DNA of 64,000 bases, from the NCBI GenBank assembly GCA_913043255.1, contig CAJWLK010000011.1:11170-75169 (forward strand). Direction: 5' to 3'. The notes under the pieces are model-generated. The model was not told the DNA's origin. It searched no databases and saw only the letters and a list, made by a program, of their open reading frames with translations. The DNA comes from an uncultured Gemmatimonadota bacterium (GTDB taxonomy: Bacteria > Gemmatimonadota > Gemmatimonadetes > Palauibacterales > Palauibacteraceae). Made by a program: the position numbers and the translations under genes. Position 1 is the stretch's first letter, and every line of letters starts with the position of its first letter. This document shows positions 1 to 8,101 of the stretch, one piece after another.

Positions 1-544
1 GATACAAGCCACGGTGGGTGGCGAGCAGGAGTGCCCATTCTTCTTGAGTCCTCCGCTGGGTGATCACACGCCCCATACTATGGCACTGTATGCATGTAAA
101 TTCGACGTTGTCATCACCCTGATAGTCATAATCAATTAAGCGACGTTCGACTTCGAATCGCCCAGGTTCTAGCTCTTCAGGTGCCAACCCTTGTCGGTTG
201 GATAGATAGCGAACGACTTCGCGGGCTTCTGCGGGCTCTAGCCGCACGTTATTGAGAGCGACCATACGTCGGATCGAGGTTTGCCAACCTTCGGGTGTCT
301 TCCGCTCAAAGGATATGCGGCTCATTCGCCCCTGTTCGTCTTGTTCATGACACCGTTCGCACTGGGCGATGACCGTCTCATTGTCGATCGGATACCCTTC
401 ATCCCCCACTCCAAAGGATGAAGTGCCGTGTTCATTCGCTAAGGTCATGCCTGGAACGGGTGGTTCCAGTCGTGAAGCCGCGAGCACAGTGATGCCAAGG
501 GCCGAAACGATGGCTAGGCTAGCAAAGTGGACACGTTGTGTCAT
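1..544 (-). CDS. c-type cytochrome, diheme, secreted (partial; 3' end lies beyond the window start)
   Basis: Absent from the ORF track because it has no in-window stop. Minus-strand translation from the ATG at 542-544 (GGAGGA 5 nt upstream) gives MTQRVHFASLAIVSALGITVLAAS, a signal peptide. Two CxxCH haem-c motifs follow (CERCH, CIQCH). It lies directly downstream of the flavoprotein gene on the same strand. Confidence 0.5.
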   Translation of the reverse strand, partial: MTQRVHFASLAIVSALGITVLAASRLEPPVPGMTLANEHGTSSFGVGDEGYPIDNETVIAQCERCHEQDEQGRMSRISFERKTPEGWQTSIRRMVALNNVRLEPAEAREVVRYLSNRQGLAPEELEPGRFEVERRLIDYDYQGDDNVEFTCIQCHSMGRVITQRRTQEEWALLLATHRGLY

Positions 545-610
545 CGATCCTCCATTCTTGATCGACTTATGGTGCGAACGCGTTCGCTTGAGCGCCAGTC
601 TTTGGAGACA

Positions 611-2155
611 TCAGTTTTCATTTGGCAGCTCATCTAGCTTGAGAAATCCGGCCCCGACAGTTGCTGCAAGTGCAGCCAAAAAGTCGGCCAGATCTACAGG
701 AGTACCTGCTGCATTATATGCAGAGAAGAAGTCCGGCACCTGGGTTTGGTGGGGTCCTAATTCGACGAGACGGCGCAAATCTACGTTACGTATGAAACGG
801 GTGCCCTGAGGTAATGTCTTTGACGTGAGGTGTGGTTCCAGGGCGATCTGGTTGCCAACTACAGCAGGTTTGGTTGTGATCCCGAGAGTTGGACCCGGCT
901 GCAAGGCGATATTAGGCCGCGTGCGAATTTCCTCGTAAACGGTGCGGACCACTGGATCTCCCACGAACTTCTCTGCCTCTCGCTCGGCGTTTGCACGATC
1001 ATAGGGGTCGTCGACAGTCTCATCGTGCACGTGTTTGGATTCAGTTCCGCTTGCCGCTCGTGCTGCTATGGCACGCGCTTCCCAGAATGCGTGTCCGTGA
1101 GCGTCCAGGGCCTGTTCCAGAAACGGAACTGAGCGCGCACGGTATGTTTCGTACACTTCTTTCTCGCGCGCATCGAAGAAATCGATTGCCGTGCTTGCCA
1201 TCGTTTCATCACTGAGTGCCGTATGCACAACCACAGCGGCTAACCACGCTGACGATAGCGCTTTTTTTACGCCGTACGACGAGAGAGGATCGATGGCAGA
1301 TCCTGCATCGCCTACAAGTAGTAAGCCAGGTTGCCCGAACTTGCTCGCTCCGTATACCGATGCTGCACACGCGCGCGTTGCCCCAATCACCTGACCTCTA
1401 CTTAGTCGGTCAGAAAGTTGATGGGCCTTTGCGAGTTCAGACCGTAACATCCCGTCAAGCCCTAGCTCTCGACGTATCTCAGTCCGGCGCGGGTCAACCA
1501 TGACTGTTACGCATCGAGTAGTCTCAGAAGTGGGAACAGACCAGGCCCAACCGTCTTTATAGCTTTCCACGAGAGTCAGTGAGTGGTCTTTGGCATCCGG
1601 AGCCGTATCTTCCCATTGTCCTACGAGGGCAAGCGTAGTTGTGTCACGTTCGCGGATCCGCATATCGTGACGGGCGACTACCCCACTCCGACCGGATGCG
1701 TCCAGTACCCACCGTGCACGATGAGTTGATGTGCCGGCCTCCACGTGCCACCCCTCGGGTTCTTTCCTGACACTCCGAACCGGTGCGTCGGAACAAACGA
1801 ATGTTCCAACTTTATTAGCTAGGTCTAGGAGAGCGCCCTCAAGTCCACCACGGTCCACATGAAAACCACTTTGACCTCGCGGAAATTGTTCCAATCGTTC
1901 CGGACCTCCCGCCCACCAGACCATATTCCCCTCGTTAGGGATGAATCGCGCCGCTTCCACGGCCTCTAGCGCTCCCACCTGTATCAGGAGTTTACGGGCC
2001 GACGCGGGAATCGATTCAGCGAGCCACGCCACCGTTGGAGTCGGGCGTGTTAGGAGTGCCACGTCGTGACCTTGCGATGTGAGCAAGGTCGCGACGGCAG
2101 CTCCACCGGGTCCTCCGCCGATCACGATAACATCGCGCATGATCGATTGTGTCAT
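611..2155 (-). CDS. FAD-dependent oxidoreductase, flavin-dependent halogenase-like
   Basis: N-terminal VIVIGGGPGGAAVA dinucleotide-binding motif. AESIPA resembles GEATIP. GWAWSVP resembles the halogenase WxWxIP motif. IDPLSSYGV resembles FxDPxFSxG. A C-terminal extension of about 180 aa follows. Confidence 0.65.
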   Translation of the reverse strand: MTQSIMRDVIVIGGGPGGAAVATLLTSQGHDVALLTRPTPTVAWLAESIPASARKLLIQVGALEAVEAARFIPNEGNMVWWAGGPERLEQFPRGQSGFHVDRGGLEGALLDLANKVGTFVCSDAPVRSVRKEPEGWHVEAGTSTHRARWVLDASGRSGVVARHDMRIRERDTTTLALVGQWEDTAPDAKDHSLTLVESYKDGWAWSVPTSETTRCVTVMVDPRRTEIRRELGLDGMLRSELAKAHQLSDRLSRGQVIGATRACAASVYGASKFGQPGLLLVGDAGSAIDPLSSYGVKKALSSAWLAAVVVHTALSDETMASTAIDFFDAREKEVYETYRARSVPFLEQALDAHGHAFWEARAIAARAASGTESKHVHDETVDDPYDRANAEREAEKFVGDPVVRTVYEEIRTRPNIALQPGPTLGITTKPAVVGNQIALEPHLTSKTLPQGTRFIRNVDLRRLVELGPHQTQVPDFFSAYNAAGTPVDLADFLAALAATVGAGFLKLDELPNEN

Positions 2156-2246
2156 AGGGCTTGGTGTGCAACTAATCCGACGGCAGCTCGCCTTGACCTT
2201 CGCGGTCTCAGGTTCACACGATGCGCGGACGGCCGAGTTGAGAAGT

Positions 2247-3272
2247 CTATCGTCGGACGTATTTACGTAGTTGGCGTGGACCTACCTCAGCTCCGTATAC
2301 GTTCCCTTGTGCGTCGACAGCCACGCCTTCGGCTGCAGTTGTACCAGCGTTATCTGGATCTGGTTCGGGGTCTGGGATGAAGGCAGTTATAAATCCATCA
2401 ATAGCGCTTCCGACTCGGATTCCTCGTTTCCAACCAGGATTTCTCCCCCAGGTAGCGTTGGATTCAGAATCGGCCGAATAGAGGATGTCATTGACGTCTA
2501 TGAAAAGACCACTAGGTCGTCCAAACTGTGTCCAAGTAGCGATGTGCTCACCGTCTTGAGTGAAAATTTGGAGGCGGGAGTTACCACGATCGCCCACAAA
2601 CAATCTTCCCTGAGAGTCCATGGCGAGCGCGTGAGGGTCACGAAACTCTCCATCTTCTGCACCAGTTTGGCCCCATGTCTTCATGAAGGTTCCATCGCTA
2701 TGGAACTTTACCACGCGATTGTTGCCACCGGATCCGTGCCCATCGACGACAAAGATGTCACCATTCGGTGCCACGAGGACGTCCGAAGGGCCGTTGAATT
2801 CGTTTGATCCGTCACCCGCTACGCCAGCTGTTCCGAGGCTCATAAGTAGTTCACCTTCGGGACTGAACTTGTGAACCTGGTGTCCCTTGTCACCCTCTCC
2901 CCTCGCATCGGTAATCCACACGTTGCCATCGAAATCGACATGAATGCCGTGAGGCCACACGATCATTCCCGCCCCAAAGCTCCGTACCAGGTTGCCGTCA
3001 GGATCGAATAGGAGGACGGAGTCTAGGTCATCGCGGCCAACACAGCTGTTTGCCTCACACCGTTCTCCGACCCAGATGTGCCGACCATCAATGTCAGGGT
3101 AGACGGCGCTAGTGGCTCCCCACGCACGGCCAGTCTCCATCTTCGCCCATCCATCGACAATCGTATATGGGTTCGGGGCGTAATTTTGTGCCTCTATGAT
3201 ATTGGGGCCTGCAAAGAGCAAGGTGGCCCATGCGAAAACGTCAAGACGAAATGGACGTGTATTGATCATCAC
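2247..3272 (-). CDS. secreted NHL-repeat six-bladed beta-propeller protein (peptidyl-alpha-hydroxyglycine lyase-like)
   Basis: Signal peptide MMINTRPFRLDVFAWATLLFAGPNIIEAQ. Repeated blade motifs such as NGPSDVLVAPNGDIFVVD, FRDPHALAMDSQGRLFVGD and EGVAVDAQGNVYGAE are typical of NHL/PAL-like propellers. Confidence 0.65.
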   Translation of the reverse strand: MMINTRPFRLDVFAWATLLFAGPNIIEAQNYAPNPYTIVDGWAKMETGRAWGATSAVYPDIDGRHIWVGERCEANSCVGRDDLDSVLLFDPDGNLVRSFGAGMIVWPHGIHVDFDGNVWITDARGEGDKGHQVHKFSPEGELLMSLGTAGVAGDGSNEFNGPSDVLVAPNGDIFVVDGHGSGGNNRVVKFHSDGTFMKTWGQTGAEDGEFRDPHALAMDSQGRLFVGDRGNSRLQIFTQDGEHIATWTQFGRPSGLFIDVNDILYSADSESNATWGRNPGWKRGIRVGSAIDGFITAFIPDPEPDPDNAGTTAAEGVAVDAQGNVYGAEVGPRQLRKYVRR

Positions 3273-3360
3273 AACTCTCCCTCCGGTGGGGCATAGGTGT
3301 ACGGTGTTTTAATGAATTCAGACTGACATTCGCTCGTTGGGCACCGCTTCTGAAGTATAG

Positions 3361-3395
3361 AAAACGCCCCCAGCCAACTAGGATGGGGCCGTTTT
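3361..3395 (-). terminator. putative intrinsic terminator downstream of 3432..4118
   Basis: AAAACGCCCCC-N13-GGGGCCGTTTT forms a 10-bp stem with one mismatch, with a U-tract on the minus-strand transcript. Confidence 0.4.
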
Positions 3396-3431
3396 AGGCC
3401 AGCTGGTAGCGGTGTCGTTACTAGCGTTCGG

Positions 3432-4118
3432 TCAAGGTGATACGTATTCCTTCGCCGCTCGGAGTTGGACAAGGCCACCCGGTCCATCTGTCGCAAAACA
3501 GTAGAATCGTCCATCTCCTCCGGTCCCTCTCAAAGCTTCTAAGCTGCACCCTCGCGAACCATGGGCAGAATTGAATGAGCTTGGGTTCTGCCCGCCTCCT
3601 TGTCGGTCATGGTGTCCAACGAGTGCGCTCCCCTCATCGCTGGATGTCCAATTGTTGCATGTCGTGTCATCACTCGAACTCGACGCGTTACCATTCATCA
3701 GTGCTCCGGTGAGGATGTCATGCATGTTGGGTTGATCGCCACGGCCATTCACCTCGTCACCCATCTCGGTAAGTATGGTACCCTTGGTGAGGTTTGGGCC
3801 GTTGCTATGGAGGTGCTCTACGTCTCTTGCTACCAATGTCCCCTCAAAATTGTGCCATGGTCCATTGCCGATTCGATCGCGAGCGTTGACGCTCCCAGGG
3901 CCCGTCGTGCTCAAATATGCGCGCCATGTCAAATCGCCAACCCCTGCAGCGTCGGCGAGCGTTTCACAATAGGCGTCGGCGCCTGCGAGGCCTCCAAGAT
4001 CCGCACCACTTCCTGGGTTAGCACTTGTTATGAAGAAGCTCATGTTCTCGTTCTGCCCCGATACCCCTTGGGTGAGGAAAACTAGCAGGATCATAGAAAG
4101 CGAGATTGCCCGAATCAT
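3432..4118 (-). CDS. secreted Cys-containing protein with endostatin-like (C-type-lectin-fold) domain
   Basis: Signal peptide MIRAISLSMILLVFLTQGVSG. The core GADAYCETLADAAGVGDLTWRAYLST aligns with collagen XVIII endostatin [25 protein letters not shown]. Downstream Cys and aromatic residues also align. Four Cys are present. The endostatin comparison is from memory. Confidence 0.5.
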   Translation of the reverse strand: MIRAISLSMILLVFLTQGVSGQNENMSFFITSANPGSGADLGGLAGADAYCETLADAAGVGDLTWRAYLSTTGPGSVNARDRIGNGPWHNFEGTLVARDVEHLHSNGPNLTKGTILTEMGDEVNGRGDQPNMHDILTGALMNGNASSSSDDTTCNNWTSSDEGSALVGHHDRQGGGQNPSSFNSAHGSRGCSLEALRGTGGDGRFYCFATDGPGGLVQLRAAKEYVSP

Positions 4119-4252
4119 GTATTACTCCTGTCCTGGTTTCTTAGCATACGTCAGTATTAATACTGTCCAACCCCACCCCTGGTTCAAATGAATCTATAGG
4201 GAAAGTTAGCGAGCCGGATCCATTCTGCGACAGAGGTCTTGCCCAGAATTGA

Positions 4253-5698
4253 TCAAGTTCGATCGACACTCTTTGTTACAGACTTCTCTTTGTTCTCGGC
4301 ATGCAACATTCGTCTGAAAGGATGACTGAGGAGCCATGCGCTGCCTCCGATAATCACGGCCAGCATTAGCCACCGCATTAGGTTCGCGAGTAGTGCTAGA
4401 TCGACGGCAGGCCAATGGAATTCGTATTGCAGTAACTGTGACCCTCGGTCAGTCATCCAATGCCATCCAGTATGAGCGATTAGAGCCGATAGTAGGATCG
4501 TTCCGATCCGCTCAGCGACCACTTTACGGAAGATGAACTCCACCACAGGCACAGTGATCATGACCACAAAAATTTGTCCCAACTCCACGCCGATATTGAA
4601 AGAAAACAGAGAAGTCAGGAGGTGCGAGCCAGCGAACTGAAGTGACTCGCTTAGCGCAAACGAGAAACCAAACCCATGGACGAGGCCGAATCCGAATGCA
4701 AGAAGCCAGCGCTTCCGAGGTCGCGCGCCTACGATGTTTTCCAGTGCCATGTACACGATTGAAAGCGCGATCAATGTCTCGATCAGGGGAGGGAACCAGA
4801 GCGCTCTGGGAGCGATCCCAAATGCAGAGGCGATTAACGTGATCGAATGAGCAACAGTGAATGACGTGATGACTGGAATGAGACCGCGAAGTCGCCGGAA
4901 GGGGATGACTAGGCAGAAAAGAAAAAGAAGGTGATCGAGCCCATCTAGGATATGGGTGAAACCGAGCCGAATAAACGCAAGCGTAGCTTGGTGCCATCTA
5001 GGATCAAGCCTGACGAGTCCCGGATCACCCGTGTATTGGAACGCCCGTTCAGATCGTCCAGGCGGCAAGAGCCGGAGAACCGTCACAGTTCTCAACCCAA
5101 GGTGAGCAAACCCCGGATTGATTGAGAAGCGAGATTGGTCCGATTTGATGTCGTATTCGAGCAGCACGTCGAGGATCGCTTGCTGCCATGGTATTTCGAC
5201 ATCTGGCCCTAAGGTTGGGCCTAGAATGTGAGCTAAGGCCGCTTCGTATGTCGCAAAAGACTTGTCGGATGGTAATGAGATGCGCGTTTTGATGATTTTT
5301 GGCTTTGTTAGGCGACGATCTTCTTCGAAGAAGGCGACGTAGTCGGCGATCCAAAGCTGGGTAGCATCACGCAGGTAAGAATCCACAGCTGTCAGATCCA
5401 GATATCCTGGCCCATGCTGGGGAAACTCTATATCGCGCATAGCCTCAAGAGGGACTCTGACTAGAAAGCGAAGTCGCCCCCCTTCGGGCTTCACAAATGT
5501 CTGGATGGTTACATCTGATGGGATTTCGTGGAGAACGTTTCTCGCCCCTGTCTCATACTTCTCTGACCTGGGCGAGTCGAATGTTGTGGCTAAAGCTGAG
5601 GAAGAAATGAACAGTATGCCCGCGATACTTATAGGCACAGCTCCCTTTATAACAGCTTGATTTCTTTGGTTTTTGCCCACGAGTCCCTTACGCTCCAT
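4253..5698 (-). CDS. HupE/UreJ-family metal (Ni/Co-type) transporter fused to an N-terminal periplasmic domain
   Basis: The C-terminal half carries HupE/UreJ signatures: FTHILDGLDHLLF (HxxxGxDH) and GLVHGFGFSFALSE. Several TM helices are present. An N-terminal extension of about 250 aa follows a signal/anchor segment. Confidence 0.65.
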   Translation of the reverse strand: MERKGLVGKNQRNQAVIKGAVPISIAGILFISSSALATTFDSPRSEKYETGARNVLHEIPSDVTIQTFVKPEGGRLRFLVRVPLEAMRDIEFPQHGPGYLDLTAVDSYLRDATQLWIADYVAFFEEDRRLTKPKIIKTRISLPSDKSFATYEAALAHILGPTLGPDVEIPWQQAILDVLLEYDIKSDQSRFSINPGFAHLGLRTVTVLRLLPPGRSERAFQYTGDPGLVRLDPRWHQATLAFIRLGFTHILDGLDHLLFLFCLVIPFRRLRGLIPVITSFTVAHSITLIASAFGIAPRALWFPPLIETLIALSIVYMALENIVGARPRKRWLLAFGFGLVHGFGFSFALSESLQFAGSHLLTSLFSFNIGVELGQIFVVMITVPVVEFIFRKVVAERIGTILLSALIAHTGWHWMTDRGSQLLQYEFHWPAVDLALLANLMRWLMLAVIIGGSAWLLSHPFRRMLHAENKEKSVTKSVDRT

Positions 5699-5875
5699 TA
5701 GTCTCGCACTTCTCGTATTTTCCCATGCAGTCTATTTTCTTACGGTGCTGATGAGAACGATTAAAGGCCGTGTGCGCTATATTGGCCTCGTTTCGGGTGT
5801 CTGGACGAACCCGGACTGGGTATGTAGCGTGGAGGTTAGGAAACACTTCGAGTTTTGGAAGGAGATGCAAGAATT

Positions 5876-7057
5876 ATGAGTAAACGCACCCTAAGCACCG
5901 TGGCCGTCTTGGTTGGACTTGTTGTTGCTCTTGGGTGGGGCCAATCAGCCCTAAACGGAGTAGCGGAGGTCTCCGAGACTCGGGTTGAAGCCCCTATGTT
6001 TGAGGTGGACCCGCTGTGGCCCAAGCCGCTTCCAAACCACTGGATCCTAGGGTCCACGATTGGTGTCGGCGTCGACTCGCGCGATTACGTGTATATCATC
6101 CATCGCGGTAACGGCAATGAGCGGACGGAGTTGGGTGCGCAACAAGATCCTCCGACAGGAGAGTGCTGTGTTGCGGCTCCACCAGTTCTTGTGTTCGACC
6201 CCGAGGGGAACCTTGCTGATTCCTGGGGTGGGCCAGGTGACGGATATGATTGGCCTTCGTCCAACCATGGGATCACCATTGATCACATGGATAACGTTTG
6301 GATCGGGGGAAACGGCGCGGACTCTCACATCCTCAAGTTCACGCGAGATGGGCAGTTCCTGGCACAATATGGTGAAGTAGGAAAGGAAATCGATAGCAAT
6401 AGTACGACACACTTTGGACGGGTAGCCAAGATTTCTTTTGATGCAGCAGCGAACGAAGCATATCTGGCTGACGGATATGGGAATAAGCGAGTGGCCGTAC
6501 TCGACGCGTCAACTGGAGAATTCAAACGGTACTGGGGGGCCTACGGGAATACGCCAGACGACACGAACATGGGTCCATACGATCCGGATGCTCCGTTGAT
6601 TCAACAGTTCCGGACTCCTGTCCACTGCGCGGAACCAACGTTCGATGGATTGGTCTACGTTTGCGATCGTCCTAACGACCGAGTTCAAGTATTCAAGACG
6701 GACGGAACATTTGTGAACGAGGTTCGCATTGCCCCCCGCACGCTTGGCGATGGATCGACATGGGATATCGCTTTTTCACGCGACCCCGAGCAGAAGTTTA
6801 TGTATCTGGCCGATGGTAAGAATATGAAGGTCTATATCATGGAGCGGGCATCACTCGAGATTGTCACGAGCTTCGGGGATGGTGGACGACAGCCGGGTCT
6901 TTTCTTCGCAGTTCACAGCATTGCGACCGACTCTGAGGGTAACATCTTCACTACAGAGACGTACGAGGGGAAGCGAGTTCAGAAGTTTACGTACATGGGG
7001 ATGGGGCCAGTTACGGAAAAGAACCAAGGGGCTCCATGGCCGAGTGGCTCGCAGTAG
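5876..7057 (+). CDS. secreted NHL-repeat beta-propeller protein (PAL-like), paralog of 2247..3272
   Basis: ATG at 5876 is preceded by GGAAGGAG, an RBS. The track start at 5855 is a TTG. Signal peptide MSKRTLSTVAVLVGLVVALGWG. NHL blade motifs are present: HGITIDHMDNVWIGG, LVYVCDRPNDRVQVF and HSIATDSEGNIFTTE. Confidence 0.65.
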   Translation: MSKRTLSTVAVLVGLVVALGWGQSALNGVAEVSETRVEAPMFEVDPLWPKPLPNHWILGSTIGVGVDSRDYVYIIHRGNGNERTELGAQQDPPTGECCVAAPPVLVFDPEGNLADSWGGPGDGYDWPSSNHGITIDHMDNVWIGGNGADSHILKFTRDGQFLAQYGEVGKEIDSNSTTHFGRVAKISFDAAANEAYLADGYGNKRVAVLDASTGEFKRYWGAYGNTPDDTNMGPYDPDAPLIQQFRTPVHCAEPTFDGLVYVCDRPNDRVQVFKTDGTFVNEVRIAPRTLGDGSTWDIAFSRDPEQKFMYLADGKNMKVYIMERASLEIVTSFGDGGRQPGLFFAVHSIATDSEGNIFTTETYEGKRVQKFTYMGMGPVTEKNQGAPWPSGSQ

Positions 7058-7113
7058 CCATTCTGACAAGACGGAATTTTTTGTGGGTGAAGGGCCCGGT
7101 ACGGATTAATTTG

Positions 7114-7137
7114 GATGAGGTCCGACGCCGGCTCATC
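7114..7137. terminator. putative bidirectional terminator hairpin between convergent genes
   Basis: GATGAGGTCCGACGCCGGCTCATC has arms GATGAG/CTCATC flanked by A/T-rich tracts. It lies between the convergent genes 5876..7057 (+) and 7161..7856 (-). Confidence 0.35.
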
Positions 7138-7160
7138 TAATCAAATGTTTTGGGAGTAAA

Positions 7161-7856
7161 CTAAGGCCGAAATCCACGGTTGCCGCCGAAGCTTCCGATG
7201 CGGCCTGTCGGGAAAGAGGCTCCTCGTCCCTGTAGGCCAGATATCCGGCCTGCAGGGTCTATCAGTCCGATTGATATGCAGTCGCCCCCTCGACCTCGGC
7301 CGATGGAGGATCCTCCCCTCCCGCCCCGTCCAGTTCCAAATCGACCCGTGTTTCCTTGCCCATCGAAACTCGTAGTTGATCCCGCGGCGCTACCCGTTCG
7401 AAGGATGATTCCACGGTTCGGTCGTTTTTCACCGTGGTTGACAAGGGTGAAACCGGGTAAGGCTAGGGGAGCTTCTTCTAGAAAGGCCAATTCTAGCCCG
7501 GTCGTGGGTAAGGCAGGTGCCGAAGCGAGCGGCGGTACGGTGGGTCTCTCTTCTCTATTAGTGTCTGCCACTCGGCCACCTTCTGATCCGCTCGAACGGA
7601 CCAATGTCGGTGGTTGAATTTGAATAACCTGAATCAACCGTTTGGCCGAGCTTTCTTTGTCTGCGACAGGAATTGATTGCATAGCGACTGTTTCTGCAGG
7701 TGGCGGCTCTAAAATTCCGACTTGCCCCCATACAAGGATCCCGGCGTGAAGAAGTGACGAAATTGCGAAGCAGATTGCTAATCGCGTCCGCGTCGCCCCG
7801 GAGTCTAACTTCTGTAGGTGTCGGATTCGCGAAGCGCCTTCTAAATCATCAATCAA
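7161..7856 (-). CDS. hypothetical membrane-anchored protein with Pro-rich spacer and Gly/Arg-rich (RGG-like) C-terminus
   Basis: N-terminal TM anchor LAICFAISSLLHAGILVWG resembles a TonB N-terminus, but no TonB C-domain is present. The C-terminus is low-complexity (GRGGRGGSSIGRGRGG). The antisense ORF 7180..7617 is also low-complexity, so the strand choice is uncertain. Confidence 0.3.
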   Translation of the reverse strand: MIDDLEGASRIRHLQKLDSGATRTRLAICFAISSLLHAGILVWGQVGILEPPPAETVAMQSIPVADKESSAKRLIQVIQIQPPTLVRSSGSEGGRVADTNREERPTVPPLASAPALPTTGLELAFLEEAPLALPGFTLVNHGEKRPNRGIILRTGSAAGSTTSFDGQGNTGRFGTGRGGRGGSSIGRGRGGDCISIGLIDPAGRISGLQGRGASFPTGRIGSFGGNRGFRP

Positions 7857-8101
7857 TGGTATTCGCCTTAGCCAAAAGAGGTCTGTGGTCCGGGACCCAA
7901 ATTCCCTTCTCAGATTCAGAAAAGTGCATGCCCTAACTACATAGACGAGACAAACCTACAAACCGTCACACTCTGGATAACCACTTTTCCCCGTTGGCAT
8001 GCACCGACACATTTATCAGAAGGATTGTTTTTAGGAGACTAAATCTTTGGGACGAAATTCGGCCCAAGACTAACTCCATCACATAGTTAAGACCTCTACA
8101 A

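Noticed and set aside
369-1503. Plus-strand ORFs 369..809, 830..1132, 991..1215 and 1216..1503
   Set aside because: They are antisense to the diheme cytochrome and halogenase-like genes, which carry clear motifs. They show no motifs and are low-complexity products typical of high-GC shadow ORFs.
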